Shown piece after piece: positions 10,081-19,352 of a stretch of DNA of 64,000 nucleotides. The stretch covers positions 335,519-399,518 of the forward strand of contig CAVQPX010000008.1 of assembly GCA_963714835.1 (NCBI GenBank), in the 5' to 3' direction. Positions within the stretch are counted from its first letter, which is position 1. Each line of letters opens with the position of its first letter. The notes below the pieces were generated by a model that worked only from the letters and a program-made list of their open reading frames with translations, had not been told where the DNA came from and did no database searches. Origin of the DNA: an uncultured Chloroflexia bacterium. GTDB taxonomy: Bacteria > Chloroflexota > Limnocylindria > Limnocylindrales > CSP1-4. The translations under genes were made by a program, and so were the position numbers.

Positions 10081-10142
10081 TGTTGCGTGCCTGCGTCGCG
10101 CTGCGAGCTCATCGGATCGGGGCGGCGTCCACCGCGCAGACG

Positions 10143-10997
10143 CTACTCGTCGAGGTCGTCGGTCTCTTCCTCGAAGGCCTCGTCCGTCGTCACGTCCGCG
10201 GGGAGGACACGGTCGAGGTCGGCGATCTCGTCATCGTCGTCATCGTCGTCGAGGTCGACATCGAGGTCCACCTCTTCACGGATGAGCGTCCCCTTCGTGT
10301 AGGGACGGAGGTCCGTCAGGTTGGCGGCCGTCGGAAAGCTGACCTTCCCGTAGTTGCGCGGATCCTGGAACACCTCGCGGATGATGATCCGCACGTCCTT
10401 GTCGCCGAGCGACGTCACGCCCGCGGCGTACTTGTTGCCATCCGCGACGAGCTTGAGCAGACGCGCGGCGACGCGCGGCTCGACGATCCCGATGCGCATC
10501 CCGTTGCAGTGAGCGATGAGGTGGGCGCCCTCGGCGACGAGCTCGACCGCATCCCCGGGGTTCACCTGGGCGAGTTGGCGCGGGTCGGCAAGATCGTGGA
10601 GAGAGGCGAAGCCGGTCTTGCCGGTCTCCTCGACGAAGATCGAGACCGGCGCCTTGCTCCCCTCGGCGGCGGCGACGGTCTTCTCTCCCGCGGTGACGAG
10701 GAGGATCTTGAGCCGATCGATGTTGCGCTCGGCGATCCGGTTCGTCGGGTCGAGCGCGAGCGCGGTCTGATAGTGCTCGCGCGCCAGGGCCAGCTCACCG
10801 AGCTCCCAGAGCGCCTTGGCCAGCCGGTTCTCGGCCTCCGCGTCCGCGCCGAGTTCGAGGAGCTTCTCGTTCGTCTCGGCGGCCGCCTTCCAGTCGGCGC
10901 TGGCGGCCTGGGCGATCGCCTGCTCGGCGAACTGGCGCTTCATGCGCGTCTGGGTGATCGGGCTGGGAGCCTGGTTCTCGATGTCGGGGAAGGTCAC
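10143..10997 (-). CDS. TPR-repeat protein with extremely acidic C-terminal tail
   Basis: MKRQFAEQAIAQAASADWKAAAETNEKLLELGADAEAENRLAKALWELGELALAREHYQTALALDP (TPR). The tail is DLDVDLDDDDDDDEIADL...EEETDDLDE. The start is uncertain: GTG at ~10997 follows AAAGGA, and ATG at ~10943 (MKRQ) is the alternative. The ORF-track extension to 11132 is Arg-rich junk. Confidence 0.65.
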   Translation of the reverse strand: MTFPDIENQAPSPITQTRMKRQFAEQAIAQAASADWKAAAETNEKLLELGADAEAENRLAKALWELGELALAREHYQTALALDPTNRIAERNIDRLKILLVTAGEKTVAAAEGSKAPVSIFVEETGKTGFASLHDLADPRQLAQVNPGDAVELVAEGAHLIAHCNGMRIGIVEPRVAARLLKLVADGNKYAAGVTSLGDKDVRIIIREVFQDPRNYGKVSFPTAANLTDLRPYTKGTLIREEVDLDVDLDDDDDDDEIADLDRVLPADVTTDEAFEEETDDLDE

Positions 10998-11176
10998 GAC
11001 GTGGCGGTCCTTTCGCGAGGCCGCACGCGCACGGGCCTCCGTTGTGTGTCGGTTGGTGCGGTCGTCCGGCGCCCTTGATCGGGAAGCCGGGCGATGGCGA
11101 GACGATGTCGGGCAGGGTCGCTTTTCTAGCACCGCGACCCCGGTTCGTCAAACGGTAGCCCGCGCGGCGTCCCCCG

Positions 11177-12133
11177 TCACACCCGGACGGCGAGTGTCCA
11201 GACCACGACGATGACCGCGAGCAGCGCCAGGAGCACGGCCTCCCAGACCCGCCGGGCGTCGCGTCGCTGCCCGACCGGGGCCCCGTGGATGGCGTCCCAC
11301 AGGTAGAGGACCACGGTGAGCAACCCTGGGCCAAGCAGGCGCGGGATCTCCATCGCCCGGATCGCCGCGGCCGAGATCCCGATGATCGCCGCATACGTGA
11401 GCGCCGACCAGATGACGTCGCGGAATCGCGGGAGTCGGAGCGCAGCCGCACGGAAGCCGAGCAGCCCGGCGATCACGGCGTCGCCCGCGACGATCGTGGC
11501 GAGGCCGGCCGTCGACAGCGCCACGGCACCCGGGTCCGGGACGGCTCCGGCGCCGGATCCGGTACCGGTCGCGGTCACGGTCAGATCGGGGAGCCCACCC
11601 GGGACGAGCGCCGCGATCCCGGCGAACGCGACGAATGCGAGGACGACCGACTGGACGAGGACGGCGGTCCGATCCGCAGCGGTCGCACCATGTGGCGCGA
11701 GGATGACGCGCATCTCGATCGAGATCGCGCGCTGGATCGCGTACGCGAGCAGCAGCGCGAACGGGACCAGGAGAAGGCCGATCGGGACGAGCCGGACGAC
11801 CCCGACCCCCGCGATCGCCGTGACCGTGGGAAGGACGAGCGACTCCACGGGGATCCCCATCGCCTGCCCGACGGGATGGGCGTCGCCCATGAGCTGCAGG
11901 CTGCCGAGCGCCACCGCCAACGCGACGAGCGCCATGACGACCCAGACGAGCGGACCCTCCAGGAAGCGCGACGCGACGACCAGCACGACCGCGAGGACGA
12001 TGAGTTCGCGGGTCGCGCCGCCGAGGTGCTCGTCATCGTGCTCGGTCGGAGCGCTGGTGCGGACGTCGACGCGGGTTCGGGCCGGGGTCCGAGCCACGTG
12101 GTGTTCTCGTGGGGGCGGGACGAGCTGGGTCAT
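11177..12133 (-). CDS. polytopic integral membrane protein (unknown function)
   Basis: Start MTQLVPPP at 12133 forms an ATGA overlap with the true C-terminal stop of PolX. About 8 predicted TM helices follow (LIVLAVVLVVASRFLEGPLVWVVMALVALAVALG...). Confidence 0.6.
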   Translation of the reverse strand: MTQLVPPPREHHVARTPARTRVDVRTSAPTEHDDEHLGGATRELIVLAVVLVVASRFLEGPLVWVVMALVALAVALGSLQLMGDAHPVGQAMGIPVESLVLPTVTAIAGVGVVRLVPIGLLLVPFALLLAYAIQRAISIEMRVILAPHGATAADRTAVLVQSVVLAFVAFAGIAALVPGGLPDLTVTATGTGSGAGAVPDPGAVALSTAGLATIVAGDAVIAGLLGFRAAALRLPRFRDVIWSALTYAAIIGISAAAIRAMEIPRLLGPGLLTVVLYLWDAIHGAPVGQRRDARRVWEAVLLALLAVIVVVWTLAVRV

Positions 12134-14044
12134 CGACGCGATGGTAGGCCACCCGGATCGAACCGCCGGGCCCAGGCCAACAGCTCGGCGCGCGACCGGG
12201 TGTTGATGACCGAACCCGGCTCGATCCATGCGCGGCGTGCCTGACCCACGCCCCAGCGCACGTAGTCGAGCTCCGGGATCGCGTGCGCGTCCGAGTCGAT
12301 CGTCACGACGCATCCGGCCGCGACCGCGCGACGAGCACGCTCGTCCGACAGGTCAAGGCGGTGCGGCGATCCGTTCAGCTCGAGCGCCGTCCCGGTCGCG
12401 CGCTGCCTCGGCGAACACCTCGTCCCACTCCAGGTCCAGATCGGGTCGGTCGCCGATCTTGCGGCCTGACGGATGGGCGACGATATCGACGTGCGGGCTG
12501 CGCAGGGCGGTCAGCGTTCGCGCCGTCAGCTCGGCGCGTGGCTGTCGGCGCCCGACATGGACGGACGCGACGACGATGTCGAAGCCCGCGAGGAGCTCAT
12601 CCTCGAAGTCGAGCCGTCCGTCGGCCCGGACCTCCAGCTCGCAGCCGTGCAGGAGGCGGAACCCCTCGGGCGGGGTCTCGCTGGGAGCCGTCCCCGCGTC
12701 CTCCTCCGCGGCGAACCGGTCGTTGAGCGCATCGACGACCACCCGCTGCCGGACGACCCGCTCCGGGTCGAGGCCGCGCGCGATCGCCAGGGACTGCGAG
12801 TGATCGGTCAGGACGAGATAGGCGTATCCGCGCCGGCGCGCGGCCTCGGCCATGACCTCGATGGGCTGCGATCCATCAGACCAGTCGGAGTGGGAGTGGC
12901 AATCGCCCCGCAGATCGCTGAGCTCGACGATCCTCGGCAGCCGGCCTTCGATCGCCGCTTCGATCTCGCCCCGGTCTTCGCGCAGTTCGGGCGCGATCTC
13001 GGGCAGGTCCAGGAATCGATACGCCTCAGCCTCGGTCGGGAAGGTCACGAGACGTGCGCCCGCGCCGACGATCGGCTCGCCGTCGTCCCCGATCGAGACA
13101 TAGCCCTTCTCCGACAGGCTCCAACCGCGGTCGCGCGCCCGTTCGCGGAGCCGGACGTTGTGATCCTTCGAGCCCGTGAAGTGGACGAGGTAGGTGCCGG
13201 CCTCGCCCGGGGGCATGATCATCAGGTCCACCTGGGGCCCCTGGTTGAGCTTCACCGCCGCCTTGTGCGAGCCCCGCTGGAGGATGCTGGCAACGGCGGG
13301 CAGCGTCGTGAAGCGCTCGACGAGAGCTGCGGCGTCGGTCGTCTCGGCGAGAAGATCGAGGTCCCCGATCGTCTCGCGTCGGCGGCGGAACGAGCCGGCC
13401 GGTTCGAGCCGCACGACCCCGGGGGTATCGGCGAGGGTCGCGATGAGGCCGGCGACGATCTCGTCCGCCCGATCGAGGAGCATCCGGTCCGGCTTCGCCC
13501 GGATCCCGTCGATCCCGTCGACGATGAGCGCCTCGGTCCTGGCGGAAACCCCGCGGAGACGACGCAGGCGACCGTCCACGGCCGCCGCGCGCAGGTCCTC
13601 GAGCGTCGCGATCCCGAGTTCCTCGTACACGAGACGAACGGTCTTCGGCCCGAGTCCCGGGACGCCGAGGAGGTCGACCAGCGTGGCCGGGAACTCCGCG
13701 CGGAGTCGATCCAGGAAGGCCAGGCCACCGGTTCGGGCCAGTTCGTCGATCTTGTCGGCGATCGCCTTGCCCACCCCGGGGATCTCCGGCCGCTTGCCCT
13801 CGCGAAACGCGCGGGCGATATCGATCGGCGCCCGGCCGATCGCATCGGCGGCGCGATGGTAGGCGACGGTCTTGAAGACCAACTCCCCCTTGACCTCGAG
13901 CAGGTCGCCGATCTCGTGGAAGACCGCCGCGAGATCGCCGTTGGTCAGGACGGGTGCGACATCGGGCGTGGCACGCGATGGGTCGGGGGTGGAGGCGGCG
14001 TCGGCGGAGGCGGCACCAGCGCCGGCGTCCTGCGGTCGGGGCAT
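12130..14044 (-). CDS. polX: DNA polymerase/3'-5' exonuclease PolX (pol-beta-like domain plus PHP domain); a single frameshift near 12395 splits the last ~85 codons into another frame
   Basis: Start MPRPQDAG... at 14044. It carries HhH/pol-X motifs (GVGKAIADKIDEL, LLGVPGLGPKTVRLVYEELG), the PolX fingers, and PHP motifs (GDCHSHSDWSDG...LVLTDH). The track ORF ends at 12353 (...ERIAAPP*). The +1 frame continues the canonical PHP C-terminus (TALELNGSPHRLDLSDERARRAVAAGCVVTIDSDAHAIPELDYVRWGVGQARRAWIEPGSVIN...) to a stop at 12130, which overlaps the next gene's ATG. Confidence 0.75.
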
Positions 14045-14120
14045 CCCCGGATGGTAGCGCGGGCGAGCCTGATGACCCGCACGGCCCGGCTGCGTCTCCG
14101 GCCGCGCCGGAGCACGAGGT

Positions 14121-16262
14121 TCAGGCTGCGTCGACCGTGGCTGGGTCGTCGCCGCGACCGGCAACGTCCAGATCCGGCTCAGCGAACGAACGGAAGTGCT
14201 GGCCGCCCGCGGCCTTGGCCTGGTACAGCGCCTGGTCGGCGGCCGCGATGAGATCCGTCGGGGTTCGCCCGTCGGTCGGATGCGTGGCCGCCCCGATCGA
14301 CAGCGCGATGGGCACGTTCCGGTCGCCGTCACCGAAGGGGCTCGCCGCGAACGCGTCGAGGATCCGCTGGGCGGCGTGGCGCGCAGCGGACGCGTCCGTC
14401 TCGGGGAGGATGATCGCGAACTCATCGCCGGCGTAGCGCGCGCCGACATCCGGCGCACGAAGCGTGGAACGGATGCGATCGGCCGTCCAGAGCAGGACGC
14501 GATCGCCGAACACGTGGCCGAACGTGTCGTTCACGAGCTTGAAGTCGTCCAGATCCAGCATCAGGACGGAGACGGGACGGCGCGCACGCTGGGCGCGGAT
14601 GACCTCCTCACCCAGTCGCTCGTGCAGGAAGCGGTGGTTGTAGAAGCCGGTCAGTGGATCACGGTCGGCGAGCGCCCGCGCATTCTCGTAGAGCCGGGCA
14701 TTCTCGAGCGCCATGGCGGCCTCGTTGGCCATCGTCCGTGCGAAGGCGAGCCGGCCCGGCGCCCAGGCCATCGGCTCGTGCGACAGCAACTCGACGAGAC
14801 CGATGGACTGGCCCTTGACGACGAGCGGGACCATCGCGAGCCCCAGGAGGTTCTCCTTGGCCATCAGGGCGACCTCGTTCGGGTCGGCGCGCGGGTCGGT
14901 CCCGTCGACGATGACGATCTCGCGGCGCTCGAGCGCCCTGCGCGTCTCGGGGAACTGCGAGACGTCGTACGACGGCTCGAGTTCGGCCAACGATGCCGGC
15001 GGGAAGTACCCGAGCGTGCGCAATGCCATCGTCGGGCGATCCCAGTAGGAGATCGCGCACTCATCGACCTGGAGGGCAACCGCGAGGTGCGCGGCGATGA
15101 GGTCCGCGACCTCGCGCGGGTCCAGGCTCTGGGCAAGCGCGCTGCTCATCGCAAGGAGGCGGCGCAGTTCACCCGCCAGGGCGTCGCTCCGCTCCAGGAG
15201 GCGTGCCGACTCGAGCGCGGTGGCCGCCTGATCGGCGAGGATCGACAGGAGCCGGAGGTCGTCGGCCGAGAACTGGTCCATGCCGAGCTTCGAGAGGGTG
15301 ATGACGCCGATCGTCTGATCGTCGTAGCGCATCGGGACGACGAGCATCGACTCGTCGACCGCATCGGTCCCGGCGATCGTGGCGCCGCGCGGGTCGCCGT
15401 TCGCGTCGTTGACCAGGAGCGGCTGGCCGTGCTCGGCGACCCAGCCGGTGAATCCCTCGCCCAGCTTGACGCGCAGGAGGCTGAGGTCGACCTGTTCGTA
15501 CGCACCCACCGAGCCCTCGAAGGCGATCGGGATCACGTCTCCCGAGGCCTCGATGAGGTACACGCGGGCGTTGTGATAGTCGATGATCCGCCGGGTCTCC
15601 TCCACGATCGCCCGCCCGACGCCCTCCACGCTGCTGGCCCGGCTCATCCGTGCCGACGCCGCCTGGACGACCGCAAGGTGCGCCGCTCGGCGCTCCGTCT
15701 GGGCGAACAGGTCGGCGTTGCGGATGGCGATCGCGGCCGTGGTGGCCAGTGCGGTGGCGAGCTCGACGTCCGTGCCGGTCCAGTCGCGTGATGCGAGCGT
15801 GGCCGCCGACAGCGCGCCGATGACGCCCTCCGGGCCGATCATCGGCACGACCAGCTCGCCCGCGAACGCCACGATCCCGGCGTAGCGCTCGTACCATGCC
15901 GCGGTAACCGGGTCTGTGCGGACGTCGGCCGCCGCCAGCGGCGTTCCCGTTCGGAAGATGCGGCCGTACCACGCGTCGTCGATCGTGATCCGCGGCAGGC
16001 GCTCGGCGTCCGCGTCGGCCAGGCCGCTCCACGCGGCGATCTCGAACTCGTCGCCGTGCAGGATGCGGATGGATGTCATGTCCGCCCCGAGAACGCGTGC
16101 CGTCTCGTCCACGATCAGGCGCAGGATCGCGCCGCGCTCCAGCGTCGCGGTCAGCCGAGACGTGACGTCGAGCACGGTCTGATAGCGCGCGAGCGGATCG
16201 ACCGTACCGTCGGGCGTGCTCGGCTGTGTGCGGGCCAGGGCAGGGGCCGGCGAGTGACGCAT
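14121..16262 (-). CDS. multi-GAF-domain diguanylate cyclase (GGDEF domain with A-G-D-E-F active-site variant)
   Basis: Start MRHSPAPALA at 16262 with a GAGGA RBS. It has three GAF-like regions and a C-terminal GGDEF domain (LTGFYNHRFL...LDLDDFKLVNDTFGHVFGDRVL...RYAGDEFAI). Confidence 0.75.
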   Translation of the reverse strand: MRHSPAPALARTQPSTPDGTVDPLARYQTVLDVTSRLTATLERGAILRLIVDETARVLGADMTSIRILHGDEFEIAAWSGLADADAERLPRITIDDAWYGRIFRTGTPLAAADVRTDPVTAAWYERYAGIVAFAGELVVPMIGPEGVIGALSAATLASRDWTGTDVELATALATTAAIAIRNADLFAQTERRAAHLAVVQAASARMSRASSVEGVGRAIVEETRRIIDYHNARVYLIEASGDVIPIAFEGSVGAYEQVDLSLLRVKLGEGFTGWVAEHGQPLLVNDANGDPRGATIAGTDAVDESMLVVPMRYDDQTIGVITLSKLGMDQFSADDLRLLSILADQAATALESARLLERSDALAGELRRLLAMSSALAQSLDPREVADLIAAHLAVALQVDECAISYWDRPTMALRTLGYFPPASLAELEPSYDVSQFPETRRALERREIVIVDGTDPRADPNEVALMAKENLLGLAMVPLVVKGQSIGLVELLSHEPMAWAPGRLAFARTMANEAAMALENARLYENARALADRDPLTGFYNHRFLHERLGEEVIRAQRARRPVSVLMLDLDDFKLVNDTFGHVFGDRVLLWTADRIRSTLRAPDVGARYAGDEFAIILPETDASAARHAAQRILDAFAASPFGDGDRNVPIALSIGAATHPTDGRTPTDLIAAADQALYQAKAAGGQHFRSFAEPDLDVAGRGDDPATVDAA

Positions 16263-16358
16263 GCGTGCATCCTCGCAAGCGCCGGCCCCGCTCACCGCCG
16301 CCCCGATGTACCGAACGTGAAGACGAAGGTACGGTGGCGCTTCGAGCGCATGAGCGCG

Positions 16359-16388
16359 TTGACCCCGGCGTCGCAGCGCGGCTACACT
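16359..16388 (+). promoter_or_regulatory. sigma70-type promoter TTGACC-N18-TACACT driving the MgtE-N/CBS and mntH genes through a ~215-nt leader
   Basis: Read directly: ttgaccccggcgtcgcagcgcggctacact. The same GGCTACACT -10 element recurs upstream of trpS at 42559-42567. Confidence 0.45.
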
Positions 16389-16607
16389 CGCGGCCGGTCC
16401 CCGCTCTCCGCGCTTCGCGCGCGTTCGCGATCCGGACCGGCCTCGACCCGCTTCGGAGATCCCTTCACCCGTGGACGACGGACCCAGTACGAGCGGCGCC
16501 CAGCGCCGCGACACTCCTGGTCCCGCCCGTCTCGCCTCGCCGGCAACCGACCCCCGCTAGCGGGGCCGCGCGATGCGATCCGGGCAGGACCGGATGCGAG
16601 GTGGAAG

Positions 16608-17867
16608 ATGCTCTATCTGAGCCAGGCGATCGGGCGGCCCGTGCTCGATCCCGCCGGTGAACCGATCGGAAAGGTGGCCGATCTCATCGTGGCCGTCGGC
16701 GGCCAGTATCCGCCGGTGACCGGTCTCGTCGTCCGGACCGGCCGGCGTCGGATCTTCCTGCCCTGGACGTCGGTCGCCACGATGGAGTCCACGGGCGCGC
16801 AGCTGCGCCAGACGACGATCGACATCCACAAGTTCGAGCAGCGCCCGGACGAGATCCTGCTGAACCTCGACCTGATGGACAAGCAGATCGTCGATATCGA
16901 CGGCCGGAAGGTGGTCCGCGTCAATGACCTGCGGCTCGACCACATCGAGGGCCAGCTCCACCTCGTCGCGGTCGATGTCGGCGCGGCCGGCCTGATCCGT
17001 CGGCTCGGCATCGAAGGGGCGTTCGCCATCATCGCGCGAAACCTGCGCCTGCCGATGCCCGAGCGCTACATCGACTGGGAGGACGTCGATCCGGTCGAGA
17101 CCTCGATCGCGTCGCTGAAGCTGCGCGTCCCACACGCCGGGCTGGCGGAATTGCACCCCGCCGACCTCGCCACGATCATCGACCAGCTCGCGCCCAAGGA
17201 CCGCGCCGGCGTCCTCGCCTCGCTCGACGACGAAGCCGCCGCCGACGCGATGGAGGAGATGGAGCCCGAGACCCAGGTCGAGGTCCTCGAGGACCTCGCG
17301 CCTGAGCGGGCGGCCGACATCCTCGAGGAGATGTCTCCCGACGACGCGGCGGACCTCATCGCCGACCTGTCCGACGCGACCCGGACCGAGATCCTGGCGC
17401 TCATGGAGCATGCCGAGGCCGAAGAGGTCCGCGAGCTCCTCGCCTTCCCGGAGGGGTCGGCCGGCGGGATGATGACCACGGAGTTCGTGGCCGTCACCGC
17501 GGACCTCACGGCCGCCCGGACGATCGAGCGCCTGCGCGAGCTCGAGCCGGACGCCGAGACGATCTACTACGTGTACGTGGTCGACGGGGAGGGGCGCCTC
17601 GTGGGCGTCCTGTCGCTGCGTGACCTGATCGTCGCCCAGCCCGAGACGCCCATCTCCGAGGTCATGTTCAATGAGCCCGTGGCGGTCGGGGTGCTGGCCG
17701 ATCCCGAGGAAGTCGCGGAGCTCGTCGCCCACTACAACCTGCTCGCGGTGCCGGTCCTCGACGACGCGGGCAAGCTCGCCGGGATCGTCACGGTCGACGA
17801 CGCGATGGATTCGATCCTGCCCGCCGGCTGGAAGCGGCGTGCTCCGCGGATCCCGGTGCGGGACTAG
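16608..17867 (+). CDS. cytosolic PRC-barrel, MgtE N-terminal domain and CBS-pair protein; no membrane domain
   Basis: Start MLYLSQAIGRPVLDPAGEPIGKVADLIV (PRC barrel) after RBS GAGGTGG. MgtE_N region: LAELHPADLATIIDQLAPKDRAGVLASLDDEAAADAMEEMEPE. Two CBS motifs: VAVTADLTAARTIERLRE...YYVYVVDGEGRLVGVLSLRDL and NLLAVPVLDDAGKLAGIVTVDDAMD. Confidence 0.75.
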   Translation: MLYLSQAIGRPVLDPAGEPIGKVADLIVAVGGQYPPVTGLVVRTGRRRIFLPWTSVATMESTGAQLRQTTIDIHKFEQRPDEILLNLDLMDKQIVDIDGRKVVRVNDLRLDHIEGQLHLVAVDVGAAGLIRRLGIEGAFAIIARNLRLPMPERYIDWEDVDPVETSIASLKLRVPHAGLAELHPADLATIIDQLAPKDRAGVLASLDDEAAADAMEEMEPETQVEVLEDLAPERAADILEEMSPDDAADLIADLSDATRTEILALMEHAEAEEVRELLAFPEGSAGGMMTTEFVAVTADLTAARTIERLRELEPDAETIYYVYVVDGEGRLVGVLSLRDLIVAQPETPISEVMFNEPVAVGVLADPEEVAELVAHYNLLAVPVLDDAGKLAGIVTVDDAMDSILPAGWKRRAPRIPVRD

Positions 17868-17930
17868 CGTGTCCGGCCTCGCGTCGATCCGCGGCCGGGC
17901 GCGCCGACCGTCCCCCCGCGGGGTCGCGTG

Positions 17931-19253
17931 ATGCCGCGCCCCGGCATCGTCGAGCGGATCCGGGAACGGATCGCGGCGCGCGAGTTCCTTCGCCTGCGCG
18001 GACAATTCCGTGGTCGGCGGGGGTTGCTCGCCTTCCTCGCCGTCATGGGCCCCGGGCTGATCGCCGGGATGGCCGGCAACGACGCCGGCGGCATCGCGAC
18101 CTACTCGGTACTGGGCGCCGAGACCGGCCTCCAGCTCCTCTGGCTGTTCCCGATCATGGTGATCATCCTCGCCGTCGTGCAGGAGATGGCCGCCCGGATG
18201 GGCGTGGTCACGGGCCAGGGCCTGTCGGACCTCATCCGCGACCAATTCGGCGTCCGCTGGACCCTCCTCGCGATGGCCGTGCTGCTCGTCGCGAACGTCG
18301 CCCAGACGATCGCCAACATGGCCGGAGTCGCGGCGTCCGTGGAGATCGTCGGCTTGCCCCGGCTCATCGCCGTCCCGGTGGTCGCCGTGGGACTGTGGGC
18401 GCTCGTCCTGTTCTCGAGCGCCCGCACGGTCGAGCGCGTGTTCATCGGGATCGTGCTGACGTTCCTCCTGTACATCGTCTCGGCGTTCATGGCGAACCCG
18501 GACTGGGACGCCGTCGGCCGCGCCCTCGTCACGCCCGACCTCCCGTTCGAGCCCTCGGTCCTCCTGCTCGCGGTGGCGCTGGTCGGCACGACGATCACCC
18601 CGTTCATGCAGTTCTACCTGCAGAGTGCGGTCGCCGAGAAGGAGATCGATGTCGAGGAGCTCCGGCTGGAGCAGGCCGACAGCGTCGTGGGCGCCGTGTG
18701 GACCAACACGATCGCGCTGTTCATCGTGATCGCGGTCGCCTCCACGCTCTTCGTCGCCGGGATCTCGGTCACGACGGCGGAGGATGCGGCACGGGCGCTC
18801 GAACCGGTCGCCGGCCCGCTGGCGGTCGTGCTCTTCGGCGTCGGGCTGTTCGGGGCGTCGTGCCTCGCGGCGACGATCCTCCCCCTGACGACCGCGTTCG
18901 TCATCTGCGAAGCGTTCGGCTGGGAATCGGGCGTCGGCAAGCGCTGGGAGGATGCCCGGCCGTTCTACGCCATCTACACGTTCGTCCTGGCCGCGGCGGC
19001 GCTGTTCGTGCTGCTGCCGGGCCTCGACCTGATCCCGCTCATCATCGCGACCCAGAACCTGCAGGCGCTGCTGCTTCCCGTGATCCTGATCTTCATGGTC
19101 CTGCTCGTGAACGACGAGCGGATCATGGGTCGCTACCGAAACGGCCGGATCGGAAACGTGTTGGCGTGGGGCACGATCGTGCTCGTGGTGGCGCTGGATG
19201 CGATCCTCATCGGCGTCACTGTGCTCGAGATGTTCGGGGTGACGGTCGCCTGA
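17931..19253 (+). CDS. mntH: NRAMP-family divalent metal (Mn2+/Fe2+) transporter MntH
   Basis: 440 aa, ~11 TM helices. NRAMP signatures GPGLIAGMAGNDAGGIATYS and QEMAARMGVVTGQGL. Confidence 0.85.
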   Translation: MPRPGIVERIRERIAAREFLRLRGQFRGRRGLLAFLAVMGPGLIAGMAGNDAGGIATYSVLGAETGLQLLWLFPIMVIILAVVQEMAARMGVVTGQGLSDLIRDQFGVRWTLLAMAVLLVANVAQTIANMAGVAASVEIVGLPRLIAVPVVAVGLWALVLFSSARTVERVFIGIVLTFLLYIVSAFMANPDWDAVGRALVTPDLPFEPSVLLLAVALVGTTITPFMQFYLQSAVAEKEIDVEELRLEQADSVVGAVWTNTIALFIVIAVASTLFVAGISVTTAEDAARALEPVAGPLAVVLFGVGLFGASCLAATILPLTTAFVICEAFGWESGVGKRWEDARPFYAIYTFVLAAAALFVLLPGLDLIPLIIATQNLQALLLPVILIFMVLLVNDERIMGRYRNGRIGNVLAWGTIVLVVALDAILIGVTVLEMFGVTVA

Positions 19254-19352
19254 TCGTGCCGCCGGCGCACGCGCGGTTCAGGCTGGATGGCCCGCCGGCA
19301 CCTCACCCAATGGCACATCAAGTGAGCCGGCGACGGTGGGTAGGGTGGACCC

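Noticed and set aside
12140-12180. tRNA-like T-loop string (cggttcgatccgggtggcctacca) on the minus strand
   Set aside because: No matching acceptor stem ~70 nt upstream and the T-loop is 9 nt rather than 7 nt. It lies within the PolX C-terminal coding frame.
11133-12313. Longer N-terminal extensions of many minus-strand ORFs (e.g. TPR gene to 11132, membrane protein to 12313, sigma factor to 37027, fabF to 31315)
   Set aside because: The extensions are Arg-rich low-complexity sequence lacking RBS support. Internal starts with SD sequences and/or 4-nt overlaps with neighbours give proteins of canonical length.
19278-19320. Imperfect inverted repeat CTCAC-N15-GTGAG upstream of the cNMP/hydrogenase operon as a Crp-like site
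   Set aside because: It does not match the TGTGA-N6-TCACA consensus. It is kept only as a weak possibility.
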